A stretch of DNA of 64,000 nt from Balanoglossus misakiensis (taxonomy: Eukaryota; Animalia; Hemichordata), in the NCBI GenBank assembly GCA_040954595.2, contig CM082598.2:3479154-3543153 (forward strand), read 5' to 3'. A model generated the notes under the pieces. It was not told the origin of the DNA. It saw only the letters and a program-made list of their open reading frames with translations, and did no database searches. Numbering within the stretch: the first letter of the stretch is position 1; each line of letters begins with the position of its first letter. The position numbers and the translations under genes are program-made. Below are positions 26,251 through 40,933 of the stretch, in pieces.

Positions 26251-28031
26251 GGGTTTGCCAGGTGGCATCTCGCCAGGTGTACTGTGAAGTAAATACTTTT
26301 TATTCGGTGGAACTGTGTTTCGCGACAGTCTGTGTCAGTGTTGATCAGGATTGGAGACTATTATGATTGTAGTACTTTTACATATTTAGTAACATTGGCA
26401 CTGTGCTGATCATGTAACTGAGTGTATTCTATAATACCAGACGATTGTTTACTTATGGACTTACGGGAAGAACTTCAAGATTCAGACAACTTGCTTCTGA
26501 TATGGTGTTGAAACAAGGATGCGGAGACCAAAGTATTATCTACTCATGTAGGTTTTCATTCCTATGGAAACGATGATGGAATCGACGGTGTGATTCTGGG
26601 GAGAATTTTGGCATATTGCCGATTAACTGGACTGAAGTCAGGCAGTTCCTGCTTCCAGAACTTGTCATTGTGATGCAGTATCTTGACAGAAACTGGAGAT
26701 GGAAACATAGACTCGCCTGCTTTCATTTTTGTAAATAAACTTCTCCTGCTGCAAGATGCCTTACCTGTAAAACCCAGATGTTTTCAAGAGGCTTCTAAGC
26801 TCGTTAACAAGTCTCCGAAATCCCTCACCCCGAAAGAATCAACTGGTGTGGGACCAGTATGCACAATTATGCAACAGTGTTCTGGCATCACATGTACAGA
26901 ACCTGATTTTGGCGTAATTTTCCATGTCATGTGAAAAACGTGCCTTTACATGGACAATTTGAATATTACATGCCTCCAGACCGTTGAATTTAAAGTACCT
27001 CAAATGGATACAGTATTAAAAAGTTGCATTCTTTCATAGGGGCACAATATGAATAATTAATGATGACATATGGATCCAAAATTGCATATTATGTGTTAAT
27101 TTTGACCAAAGGTTTTAGCAACCCTTTCATGTATGCTCAGAAATGTGTACAATGGAGGCAGCCATCTTTATAGACAGAAAACTCAACTATCACATCGAAA
27201 TGTAGTTAAGAATTATTTGATATGCAAATATGTAGCTAGCCAGAAAGACCAAGGGAAATTATACAGTTGTTATGGTGAAGGACATATTTATTTACAGTTC
27301 CAGAATCCCTGATTGTGCAAATAGGAAATGTAAGTTAGCATATTGGTCATTCTATTTTTTAGGTCATGTTTTAATTAAGGAAGTGAAAACATTTTTGGAT
27401 TGAAATATTACATGCTCATACCATTATATGTGGCTCTTCTATGTTGAAAGTTAAGTTAAAACTGGTACTGTTTAAATATCAATGCCGAAGTAATGAAGAT
27501 TCACAGAATAATATTGTGCCTTAATTAAAATACATGTAATATACATTTTGTAACTATTAAAACATGATAATTGTTATTAAATTGTTTTTAACAATTTGTA
27601 CATTGTAGAAACTCATTCTGTAATTTAAGTCTTAGTGATACTTTTTATTAAACTGTGTAGTGACATACATTCAGAAGATATGGCCAGATGGGTAATGTAA
27701 TTTTTGTTCACGAGCATTGGGGACAGTGCAAGAACATTTCTATTGGATGGCTCAGATGTAGACCCTACACAGAGATCCTGTACTCTGTGTTTATGCATAA
27801 CACCCTATCTTAGCTTGCTTTTCATAGAAAAGAAGAACGGTTGAATAAACCCTTTACATGTATACAAACAAACACGACCATATTTGTTTGTTTATTATGC
27901 TAATCAATAACAACAAACAAACACACACAATAAAGGCATGGAGGAAGCGCCCCCTGTGGTTGGCGCTGGAACTCCTTCCGGGTTCATGACAACGCCCTCG
28001 GCGACGAAATATGAAATTCTTTCACATTGCT

Positions 28032-30614
28032 TTACACGTGTTTTTCCCAGTCTCGTGGTCCATTCTGGCTCATGACGCTGCTTTCGTTTTTCCCGTCGTT
28101 GTTGTTAGGTAGCAAGGTTGTCTGGCTTGGTTGTGAAGTATTCACTTCGTCTCCCAATGGAGTGGCATCTGTGTGGAATAGAAAATTGTCATGTCCGTTA
28201 GAACGAGAGTTTTATTATAGAATGATAAACTGCCGAGTTACTCCAATGCAAGATTGAGTGATAAAAATCTCACATGGTCGACACAATTTCAAGATGGCCG
28301 ATTTTTGCCATGTTTAAGAATTTGTAACAGAAAAAAAGTGAAAAAGTTGATATATACCCACCAATACCTGTGAATCCCAACGCCTACCAACGGAATTCAC
28401 TTATACGTAACGAATAGCTGGTAATTATATGCTAATCTTCGAAACGCATATAATTATCCAATACTTACTTTGTTCGTCGTAAGCTGGCATGGTGGCCGGT
28501 AACAGGGTTTTCTCTGGTAATGACGTCATTGGAATTTGGTGGTAGGAATACATCTGGTGAGCAAAAAAAAAAAGATTATGATTCAATACATGTTTGCCAG
28601 TTTCTTTTATGTTCTTGTCATTAGCGATTTCCTGGTTGATACGCATTGCTAAGGCAACGCACAGTACTAATGTCATGGTTTTTAAATTTTGACTTTGAAA
28701 TTTTCACTCTAATTCCTCAACGTACTTTTCCTGGATAAAAATAACATTTATATATAATTCATATCATTGTTAGTATGTAAAACAGAAAATGTTATTAAAA
28801 TGTCAACCTTCGATGATACAAATCATAGGGAATTGTGGGTAAAATATTGTTCTGCGCACGCGTGAATCTAAAGTGGCGCAGCGCCCCCATTGGGCAAAGA
28901 TCGAGTCAATGTGTAGACCACGCGTGTAAACACGTGTGCAAGTGGTGTTCCATGGTCTCTCCTCCAATTACATTATGTCTGATCGATTACTTATCGTCCA
29001 GTTTGACAGTTTATCCTACGAATCAGTCAGAGTCACAAGCTTAAGTAAGTGGTCAAGATAACCGTGTGTATGAAACTGTCCACGAGCTCATGGTGTATGT
29101 ACCTCTGGTCGTTGACAGCACAGGGTCCTACAACAGAAGGCAGACGTGAGGATAGCCATGACCGCTTCCAACACCGCGAATGTAGTCAGCACCGAATTGA
29201 CGGACAGACGTTGCATCTACAAGATATGGAAGCAAAGAAAAATTCACGTAAGTAAATATACACGTTTTACTACGTATAGAACAAGTCGCGCGTGTCAAAG
29301 TTTTGGCCGCCATTTTGCGGCAGTTGTGAATGTAGTAAATGCACAGCGCAGCCAACGGTAGAAATGGGTCAGACCAGACTGAGGCTCAGATTCGTTTTGA
29401 ATCTCGGAAAACTCCGTTCAGGTGTTGGAAACATCTATTAGACTTGCTCAGGGCTTTCAAAGGGCTTACCATTTCTACCCGGGATATAGGCGCTAGTTGC
29501 GGTGGATATGGAGTAGGGATAGGTTTGTTTCTGGAAACAACGTAGATAATATGTACCCCAAAGTCTATCACCATTATGAGGCAGAACACTGCTGATATGA
29601 TGGACAATATCATCGATGTTACAATCTGAAAATCAAAAGGAACAGAAACAATAAGACAATAAGAGAGAATGAACAAAAGCAGACACTGACATACACCCCT
29701 TTCATAAGTCGAACGCCCTCACGAATTTAAACTCGGAGCGCGGCGAATGGGGAAAATTGACCAATCGCGTCAAGATTGTTTCCCCAATGACCTCACTTTG
29801 AGTTCAAATTCATGATGGCTGTTTGGGGGCACTAGACTTTAGAAAGCGGTGTATATAACGCAGCATTTGTATGCATTTCAGAACAAACAATATCTCTTGT
29901 CCATATCACATAGTAATGAACAGTTATTGATACTGGCAAGGTTTCAAATATTATAATATTTACATGACACAGTGTGCTCTTACCCATGCATCGGTCTTTT
30001 TTCGTACTGACCATAAACACGCAATTCCCGTCAGAAGAAACTGTAATGACAATAGAATAAAAAAGTAGATGTACTTTAATTTTAGCTTATTAATGAAACA
30101 CAGCTGGACATTATCACAAAATCTTTATACACATTAAAGACAATTTTGTCATGCTCACTTTGGGCCAGTGACATGATTGATATCAAATTCATGATAGACA
30201 CATAGGCTTACAAAAACAGACTAGTACCACTAGTAAGGTGGCTGTCATGACAACTATTGGTAGCTATAGTTATCCAAAGTTAGTCGTATCTAAAATTATG
30301 ATTGTTTCACTATCAAGGTTAACATACTCATAAAATAAGTTGACAATGTCTTTTATTTGTACGATCATTCACAAATAATATAATCTAGACTTAAGAGGGG
30401 GCACTTTCAAAAAACTGGAATCACAGCTACCTATAGTATGTGTTTGTTTACTTACAATGACTGAGGAAGAAATTGCTAGAACAGGAACATCAACACCACA
30501 AGGCAGAAAAATAGCTGTTATTCCAACCACCATAAAAGCCAATCCTAACTGGAGGTGTGTGATACCAAGCCCACAAACTGATCGATGCGAAAATCCCAGA
30601 CGTATGGTTTCCAT
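28032..30614 (-). CDS. MS4A/CD20-like four-transmembrane protein, paralog A (~235 aa)
   Basis: Exons 30614-30456, 30040-29984 (57 bp, FLLTGIACLWSVRKKTDAW), 29625-29470, 29216-29103 (TM4 then FCCRTLCC), 28553-28469, 28168-28032; 708 nt in frame. Four hydrophobic segments; same six-exon layout as the neighbours. Confidence 0.85.
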
Positions 30615-32031
30615 GTAGAAGATGTTTCGACTTTCAACCCAGAGTTATATGCATCAGGGTTGATGTCTTTTTAAACTATAGTACCAAAGAAACATAATTT
30701 GTCGTTAACAAGCTGGTGTAGTTTTCATAAACTTTCACATTTCAGAAAAATCAGTTCTTTTTGGAAATAACTACTTAGTACTAGAGCATTTCTGAACACG
30801 TACAATTTACAGGTAAAGTGTTCGATTCTGCGTATATCATTTAGTACTAAAAGAAGTATTAGTCAAACACTAGTAACTTGAGTATAATCTTAACTATGAT
30901 GTTCGATAGTTTCCTTTGCTGTTATGGGAGTAGACAACCTTGACAGCTTCAACTGAGGAATTTAACGAATGGCCAGCAATACGCATCTTTTATGTAAATA
31001 GGTCAGTGTTCAATAGTTCAATAGTTCAATAGTACATTCTCCCAACTATGATTGATCCAAACAGCACTACAGAAACTTTTGTGTACACTTTAAAAACATG
31101 TTTGGTCTCACGTTAATGTGATTAGGACATAATCTCAGGATAATTTACAGTTTTCAGAATTTGGGAGGGGACTTGTTCTACCTTAGTATGGTTCGTGTTT
31201 TTAAATGTCAAGGTAGCGTTGTGATTTGTGTCTTCTTACCTGAGAACTGGTTCTGTGACTGGAGGTCAGTATAGTGTATTAAGACCCCATAGCTTTCAGT
31301 TTGATCAGAGTAGGGGTGACAAAGACAATTTGATTCAACCTGCCGTCGACGTCAACGATTTACCGTGTATATAATATTTTACTAAATCCTTACAGTAACA
31401 TTCAAGAACAACAAAGTGGTTTTGTAATTGACACCGCAAATTGTCTCAGATGTACAAGGTCATGACCTTGTGCTGAGTTACTTAAAAGGCTAAGGGGTTC
31501 CGCACGCCAGGTCACTTTCACAAAGGTGTCTTTGTCCAAATATATTCACACACATATCATGGGGTGTAGGAGTTGATTAGGGAGCTGAAGACATTGACCA
31601 AGAATTGGTGATTGGAACATAACAGTTTAAATCACTGTTTTCATGTTTGTGGAGAGTGTTCTTATAAAGAACATCTGCAAATTTGAAAACAGACCAGTAG
31701 AACTTTAGACTTTAGAATGTATCTGTAAATTGAAATTGATAAAACAGATATTTTTGCACTTTTGTACCATTACAAAAAGGGTTGAAAGATTAGACCAAAG
31801 TAACAACTTTTTCTGCATAAATCAGGTCCTCTTTTATCATGTAAGAAGTACATTAATTAAGAAACAATCAAAATAAATTACATTGCTTATAAAACTCTAA
31901 ACTCAGACTAAGATTATGATTTTGTGATAAAGTTGGTCTCTATACTTGTGTACTATGCCTAGCCTAACTGTAAATAGTGGTCAAGAAAGAGGAAATTAAC
32001 AAATTGTTGTTGGTCGTATCACAATTTTGTA

Positions 32032-34197
32032 TCACTTTGTCTGAGGATCTGATTGTTGGCTGTACGATGGGGGCGCTGTCGGAAAGGTTTGACCAGTTGG
32101 CATTGTCTGTGGCATAGTGTACCCACCACATTGATATCCAGGGGCGTGTGCAACCGGCATTTGCTGATGAGCATATGGGGTGTCTGTGGAAGAAAAATAT
32201 TTATTATGCGGTAGACGTTATTCTGGATCTCAGGAATGTATTTCCAGTCGTAGAGGGTGACATCTCTCAGCTCCTACAAAGAGTATTGTCCTTCATACAT
32301 TCCATCAACATTGTAATGTTTGCCGTATACATAATAGATTCCCAAACCACCTACAATTTGTGTCCCAATAAAGTGACATGACCATTGTGTACGAGATTTC
32401 GCAGGTATACATTTTATTGCTTTGTCTATAGAATTATCCTTGCAGGTTGCATGTAGGTGAAAGGTTGATAAACTTTAGCTGACAGTGAAAATTACCCGAA
32501 TCGAAATTGTCTAAATTTTGAGAATACAGAATTAGATTTTCATTACTTACTATATGTATACATGTTGTTCGTGTTAGCTGGAATGAAATATGTTGGTCCA
32601 GATGAGGGCACAGTACTTTGCTGATCAGTAACAAACATCACCTTCAAACGATAGAATTTGGACATTAATATCACTGAAATGTCTTAAATGGTCTCAAGAT
32701 TTTGTTTTGACGCTGTCTGGCTGGGCAAATGTGTATCATTTTATAATCTATTTGATCTTGGGAAATTTCTCTGTGAACATTGGCAGTAAAGATAATGATA
32801 GCAATATAAGCACTGTTACTTAATACAGACCCCATACCTCAAATGTCAGAAAGGAACAACGTTTATTGGCATTTTAATTTTGTCTGAAAAAGAATTTAAT
32901 CATCCAAAGTAGACTTGTTGTGGTATGTTTGGGGGAGAGAATTTGGTATACTGACCGTTGAAGGTGGCTGCCCGCGGCAACAATTTTTGCAGCAGAGAGC
33001 AGAAGTGATGATGGCCAAGATGAAGGACACAACAGCCACTGTGATTAATATACTGTCTGTGACAATACAGCCAGTCTCCTGTAAGAAAGGATGGATTGTT
33101 AGAGGAGATCAGGATTTATGTTTTGAGTTAAATTAAAAAAATCACTATTTTGTGATCACGGATTGCAAGATCTTGAAAATTGCCTGAAAATAGTTTACAT
33201 TTCACTGTTGTACTTAATTATTATGGTAAGCCATAGAGCTTAAAATTCACTGAATGAACAGAAAAGGTCTTTAATAAACTTACCTCGTAATCTGAGATTC
33301 CAAGAGCTATGGAATGCATGACGAGCAAAGATGGACAAAACATTGACGCGAGGATGATTGAGAAAACCATTGAAGTTACTACCTGAAAATTGTTTCAAAA
33401 GCATGAAAAGCGAAACAGTTATCAAATATTGTAATTTGAAAACTACAAATGCCAGTTAGGCCAATCAACTAACTTTTTTTCTCAACATGACAGAAAATCT
33501 CACTAGAATTTAAATAAGTTAAAATTCGTTGTCTGATATCTGAATATTTGTGATAAATATAGAGAATGATGGCTCTCGAACAAGAAAAGACCTTAATTAT
33601 ACTCACAAACCCACATGTCTTTCTTGCAGCTGACAAACATCCAAATGTTCCAGTCAAAATAATCTGTAAGATAGTCATATATCACAACTTTCGAGATATC
33701 TGAAACAGCACTGTGCTGTGTCAATAACAAAATGATACACACATTACAATTGGATTAATTTGCTAACAATCCTGAGTTATGTTGTTGTCATCTTTCCAAA
33801 AAATACCCACCCCTCCAAAATTTTCCATGTTCTCAAATAATGGAAAAAATAAGAGAAAATGGGTGAAAATATTGAAGATTTGGACAGAGAAAATGTGGCA
33901 TAGCCCAGCACGCTACACACTGTGCGAAGGGATATGGGTAGCTTAATTGACAGAAGAGGGTAAACTTACGAACAGACCACACCAGATCCCAGCACCGACA
34001 ACACCTATGGGACACTCCAAGACTATTTCCGCAATGCCAGCACACACGGACACAACGCCAAGCAGGATCTGGGCAGCTCCGATTCCCATAGCTGCTTTGT
34101 GGGCCGACTGAGAGCCATTGGAAAGGTTCAGGGGTGTGCCCTGTCCCGCTGGGTACATCACATTTGGATTTTGCTGGTGTTGTTGGTGTTGCTGCAT
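32032..34197 (-). CDS. MS4A/CD20-like four-transmembrane protein, paralog B (~249 aa) with C-terminal PTAPPSY
   Basis: Exons 34197-33970 (IGAAQILLG..GAGIWCGLF), 33663-33607 (57 bp), 33382-33284, 33078-32956 (LCCKNCC), 32641-32551, 32183-32032; 750 nt in frame. Probable UTR-exon donor at 34994. Confidence 0.9.
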
Positions 34198-36921
34198 GGC
34201 CAATAAGATTTACTTATCGATGCAATGATGTGCTTGTGTTTAACTAAAACATGAAACAAAACAATAATGAAATTAAATTTGCAGGAAAAAAACTTCACTG
34301 ACGTATTTTTTTCTCACTATGATATGAAGCATTATCAGCAACATAGTCCTCTCTGGGCAGAGAGATTTATAAGTATAGAGATTTCTATATATTGGAGTTA
34401 AGTTTGCTCCCCAGTAGCCTGTTTAGAATTGAATTAAGGAACTCGGACGTTCTATCATTTGCTAGTTGATTTGTGTAAATTACGTTTAGAAACAATTTCA
34501 AGTACATTTTGGGAAGGTAGTATTAGGCCAACCGAAAAATGTATGTATTTGTTCTAGCATATTGCTCGGTTCCATTGTGAGGAAGTTAATCATCAACTGT
34601 GAGTAAATAGAAAACATTCTGGGTCAGGAAGGAACGGTGCTGTGTCGCTGAGTAGGTTTTTATTGCCTCTGTTCCACAAAGGTGGTCGAAACCTACGGCT
34701 AAGGAACCTAGTAAACAGGACACAATAAACAGGTAGTGCACCTTTAAACCAACAGTTAGAGAACCAGCGTAAATGACAGAAATAAATTTACGTCTTAACG
34801 CTTATGAATTAAGCTAGTTATCGTGTACCACGATGACATGGAAAAAGATTGGTCTATCTGAGGTGACCAAGTTTGTTTTGACGCTATGAGTGACTTTTTG
34901 GGATCTTTCTGTCTTTTTGAAATTCGAATTGCAGTATTGGGAATTGAATATTGGCAGTCAGAACACTAAAAAGAAACATATACTGGTACCTACCTGTCAC
35001 AGGGTGGTACTGCCGTCTTCGCAGTACTCCTAAACTTAAACTCTGACTTACTCGTGATCGGTGACGTCTTCGTCTCCAGAGTAACACATTGTAAACAACG
35101 TTATTGTATAGTGTACTGTTATTATCATATACAGTATCAACAAGCGAGTGTCATAATGTTTTTGTTATTCAAGTAGGCTGCACATGACCGTTAATTTTAT
35201 GTAGGTCATGGTGACAGCAGAGAGAAAAGGGAGACGGTTTTCTGAACACGTGACAAGTCTGGCTATGCACATATATGTGTTTGATAGCTTACTACATGTA
35301 CATCTGGTATTGCATTGTGACGTTTCCTTGTGGAAAAAATATTAACTTTGATAAGTTGTGTATAATTGAAACATTCGGGTATGCAATAAACCTAACATCA
35401 AATGATATTATACACAGAGATCCATTGTTGTGTGGTTTCCGTATCCACGTTATTTTACCTTCATCCAAAATGCATTGATGTGACCAGGTGAATAACATTT
35501 CAGGCTTGTGAAGCTGAGTTACAATAAATTAAGTGAATTTTTGTGTTCCTTTGGTGTTGATCACTGTCTGTTTAGAGTTATGTGCTGTTATATGTTATAT
35601 GCGACGCCTGCTTCCTGGTTTTGAGAATGGGGACAAGAATCTGTGACGCATTTTGTGGAATTGACGTGCGCTGCAATATCCCTCTGGGCGAGGTCTGAAT
35701 CAAATATAAATCCCGTGACTATCTGTGCACATCTCTGCGATAAGGCCAGGTGTTGGGACAGTGTGTAATCGGTACAAAGTCCACCAGCAGTGGCTCTGAC
35801 CGGAATTACTGCATTTGAGCACATATAATACATCCTGTCGATGCGACTATTAAAACACGACAAAACCTCATCAGTTAAACTCAGAGACAGAAACTCAGTT
35901 CTGAGGCTGTTTTGCGATAACTGCATATTGTCTGTATAAACACCAACTGGCGTTATTCACCAGAGTTTGGACTTGCGTCGCTGATATCATCGACCTGGTA
36001 TTTTCCAAAACTGAATCCATAGCCGGGGTCCTCTGGTAGCCGTGACGTCAACAGATAAGACACCTGTGAATCATTTTCGTTCAGACACATCTCTAACAGG
36101 TATGTAGAAACTGTTCTCTTATTTTTGTTCCACTCTTAAAGCAGTTGTATGGTTAGTTTGAATTCTGTATTTATAAAATTGTCCCTCAGGTGATTTTGCG
36201 CCTCAGCATAAAATATTTCCTACAGAATCTGTCGTGTTTTGGTTTGTGAAAAAATCTATATATTAGTTGTCCCATGGAGCTGGATGGTTGTCGTTCCTAC
36301 AGGTGTTTTTCACACCATTCTGGACAACAGGCTAATCGCTGGAATTTAATTAAAACCATCAGAGTCTGTCTACAGTGAATAGTGGTAGATGGATAATCGA
36401 CAGATAGATGTTTTCCGCCTTTCCAGTAGGAAGACTGACAAAACAGAACATTGTGTCGGGCTATTAGCTTAGAGTCGACTTTGCCCCATGCATGACGTCA
36501 GTAGTTCTCTATCTCCTGTGACATTCCTGGTGGCTCTATGTTGGTCTATGCAATCGTTTACATGCAAGTTAAACGTTCGAGACATCAAAAACGAGCTTAA
36601 AAGATACAAAAGACAAAACACTGACAGAAATGGAAAAAACGGCCTTTATTCTTATAACAGGAATATGTGTGACGTATACATTTGCATGCTTTGGTCAATC
36701 GCCAATTTAAGTTGTCAACAGAAGTCGTATGATTAATTTTTAACATATTCGTGTAAATGTCAGAACCTGAAAGAATGTAGACAGTATATATAAATCATCT
36801 TCGCTGACGTCGTTCGTTCGACTTTTCTGTAGCATTTTTAAAAATCCCACTCTACCATATATTGATTCAATTATAGGAATATCTACTGTTGGCAATATCA
36901 AGTTAATAGACATCTGCAACA

Positions 36922-39290
36922 ATGCAACAACAACCACCACCACCACCACAACAGGCAACCGTGCAGCCTGTAATGGGACAGTACCAGCAACCGTCGCTGC
37001 AGTCACCAACTATCTCTCAGCCTTCCAGCTTTCCGGCAAAAACAGCCAAGAGAATCGGAATCGCTCAGATACTTCTTGGCAGCACTGCTATGGTATTTGG
37101 AATCGTGGCGGCAGCGATGGACTGTTATGTGGGTGAAATGGGGACCGGAATATGGTGCGGTGCCTTTGTAAGTGTTAACTGAGGGTGACTCTGTTTGATT
37201 TCCGTTAAGCCTAAGAGCTCCAAAAATCAATGGAAAATGTGTAACCAAGTGATCCATGTATTTTTTAGCAGAGCGATCGATGTTCATTTTTGTGGCAAAC
37301 TGACTCAAATTGTTGCTTGTTTTATCGACATTATTTGACATACGTTATGTTTGTGGGTGTGGAGGTAAACATCTAAATTATATGCGACGTGGGTGTCGTG
37401 ACCAAATGTTGACTTTGATCCTGATTAGATCAGTTTTGAAAAGGGCGGAGTTCAAGACATCCTGAAATGAAACATGACAATTGAGATATTAATAGATACG
37501 ATACGAGTATATACGTGATATGATATGATATATGACTTCCCGTATTACAGATGATAAATGACATCGTGATTAAAAGAGAAAGAATGAAAATGCATTTGTC
37601 AACGTTGCAACAATAACAATAGTCCGTAGACATTTGTTGACGAGGTGAAAATGCGTTTTGGAACCAATGATTTTTGCTACTTCCCACTTCACAGATAACG
37701 TTGACCGGGGCGTTTGGATGTTTGTCTGCATCGAAGAAACGCAACGGATACGTGAGTAATATGATCCGTTTCTGAGACAGCCCAAAATAGGAGCGTTAAG
37801 TACAATATTAGTTTCGGCAATCCGGGAAAGAATACAAAATATTTAGATCAAGACATATCGCAGTAGTCAATTCGATAACACATTCTTTTTGTAGAATATG
37901 CGGTTTTATTCATATAAAACAAGAAATTTGCGTATTGTCTTACTCAGATCATGTTCTAAATAAATGGTCGATGACACATTCTTGTTCTCCTGGCATGATA
38001 TTTTCTTTACAACTAACAACGCATGTATTTCGTGTTGCAGATTATAACATCCATGATATTTTCAATAATTTGTGCGGCCGGATTTTGTACCACTTTGTTG
38101 GTGATATGTGCCATTGCGTTAGCCGAAGAGAACGATAGATACGACTGTTGGTACGACGATGACGGAGACTGGATTTGTGATGAAGTCACGGTAAGATGAA
38201 TAAGTGTATCTTTTTTGACTGTTTTATGATACTTTAAATACTGAGAGATGCAGGCCAACGATTTGGATTTTCAAATTCGATGGTTCTTGTTTCCTTGACG
38301 ACACCTATTTATTGTTAACTGAATGGGGATGCAGTATTTTATACACACACAGCCAGGTTTCTGTAAGTGATCTACCCCTAAACCTTTGAAATTGATGAGT
38401 AAAGATCAGTTGATTTTTCACATGTCACTATCATGGAATTAAAAGTCCTCTTTCACTAACCTTACGTCAGTTTAACTTTCTAATATCATTTGTACTCTCA
38501 GAATACAGTTTGTGTTATCTCGGATAGCATAATGATCGGAGTTGCCGTTGTGTCGGGTATCTTGGCGATCATTACTTCCGTCCTCTGCTGCGCAGGTTGC
38601 TGCTGCAATAGTCAATCCGTCACTCCAACGGTAAGAACGATATCACTTGTCCGCAGTTTTTCACATGGTTAACTGACTTCTCGTTTGTGTGTTCTCCTGA
38701 CAAGATTTACCATTACCAAACAAGCATCGTGCGAGCCACAGTCTTCAATCTGTTTTTTATTCTTTAATTATCATTAGGTTATGTATGTGCATAATCAGCA
38801 AGGTGCAGCTGCACCTACGATGGGTCTCGCCTACGTGGTACAAGGAGGTCAGCCGTCTGGGGCGCCAGTATACGTCATCCCAGCTAACTCACAGAATATG
38901 TATCCATACAGTAAGTAGACTCAATAAACAATATCCATCATAGCAACATATATTCCCTTGCGAATTACAGAGGGTTACAGGTTGAAATATGAAATATAAT
39001 TCCTATATAATATAATTCACAGAGAAGAATAACATAAAACACACACTGCTAGATTGTTTCATATGAAAATTCACGCAAAAAAACATTTTGAATGTGTTTC
39101 GTTAACAGATTACCCACCAACTTTCCAGCAACTTCCAGTTATGCAAGGCACACCCGGTGGTCCACCTGGGTACACTATGACACAGACACAGATCCCTGCG
39201 GACCAATCATGTCCTACAACACACGGACAACCAGATGGCATTACCCATGCCCAGGGTGCCACTGGAGTACCTCCTGATACAAAGATGTAA
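36922..39290 (+). CDS. MS4A/CD20-like four-transmembrane protein, paralog C (~298 aa)
   Basis: Exons 36922-37167 (IGIAQILLG..GTGIWCGAF), 37695-37751 (57 bp), 38041-38190, 38502-38630 (LCCAGCCC), 38778-38910, 39109-39290; 897 nt in frame. Probable UTR-exon donor at 36099 and TATAAA near 35935. Confidence 0.9.
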
Positions 39291-40933
39291 TTTTAATACC
39301 ATTTAAATTCTGCCATCAGCAGCATCAAGCTTTCAATGGCCGTGAACTTACTATATGACAACTTACATTTTACATTTAACAAGCTCCATTTACAACTTTA
39401 TAATTTCACACAGAAATTAATTGTTTTTGCATCGGTTTTTATGATTGTTTTTTTTTCCTTGCTTTTTACAGTTAGAGCCGTCCAGTGTACACTTTTAATT
39501 ATATATGTATTCTACAAACTCATGCAAGATTGGCTTCCGGTAGAGCTTGTACATACTAGTCTTAAAACAGAATGTTTACGTTCGTTGTTACGTAGAATAT
39601 AACTAGCCTGTTTTATTACTGTGGACATTCGAGTAGAATTTGTCATTGCTTTTATATTATACGGCAAAAAGCAAAGTATTTTCCTCCGCAAAGATTAAAA
39701 TATGTGATCATTCTTCAGGCAGAATCATCAAGGTTCATGTAAACTATCTGCTTTTGCAAATTTTCATATTCATGAAAAATGCAACATTTTACAAACAAAT
39801 GTTTCATTTACATTCTGTAAACATTACACTGTAAATAATTATGCTTATATTCAATCGTCATGATTGTGTGCAATGTCTTTTTATACTAGGCCTAATGAAT
39901 GGGCATTGTAGCAGTTACACTTTGCGCCTACTTTTGATTGCTAGCAACTGCGTCAGTGTTTGCGGACATACTAGTATACACACATACAGATGGCAAAATG
40001 GCGAATAGTTTTATTCCAATAATTTGGCTTCATTAACTGCGCCGACGATCGAAATTCCTCCCTGAAGTTTATTTGAATGGACTTTTTTTATAGTATACCG
40101 ATACATTGTGGTATGTTGACAGGGGTCGGGCACCCCAGGGGCGACTGAAAGTGAGGGGAGATTGCCCTGCAGTACAGTGCACGTGAGTGTGACATCTATG
40201 ACGTTGACGTCACTTCCTGTTGCCATGCTATAAGGTCATGACCCCTCTAGCAATCGTGAGTGTTTGTGTACGTTGTCGCCTGACGTTACGTGGGTCCCAG
40301 CACGCCCTGTAAGTGTACCTGTCTTGTATTTACGACGTCAAATTATTCCTGAAAAAGGTATGTAGGCTAGTTTAATAGTTCTTTATTAGATATATTTCGA
40401 GCCGTAAGTGTAAGACCAGCCGCTAGTCGACGTACCTGTGTCGCAAGCAAGTGACACACTGTCGATTTCAGAAGTTCGATCGTCAACACCCGGAAGTTAT
40501 ATGGCGTCGCTCAACTATTTGCGTTTGTAACATTCGCGAACTGAATCTGGGCCGGCTGACGTGGAGACATTTCACTGAATGAAGATAATAGAGAGTTGAA
40601 AAGCATTTTTTGACAACCAACACACTACTACAACAATGATCGAGTGTGGACACTGAGGGCGCAGTGAGAAAATACCTGTGGCCGTGGTGGGCGTGTCTTG
40701 CGCCACTGGGGCTGTTATAAATGCATCACTGAGAACAAAACTTCATTGGCGGCCAAATATGTGATGAATTTAACAACAAAGAGGCATATTACATAAGTCG
40801 TTTTTTGAAGCAACATTGCAACATGGACCTGCATTCCATTTCCAACCGTGTCTGACAACCAAGGACAAATCTACGTGTGTTTACTTTAGTTTGAAATGAA
40901 TAATATTATTTTTAATTTCTTCTGTATAGCAAC

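Noticed and set aside
30159-30263. Exon-like hydrophobic segment in intron 1 of MS4A paralog A
   Set aside because: In-frame TGA in the required phase; the conserved 57-bp exon at 30040-29984 already completes the model.
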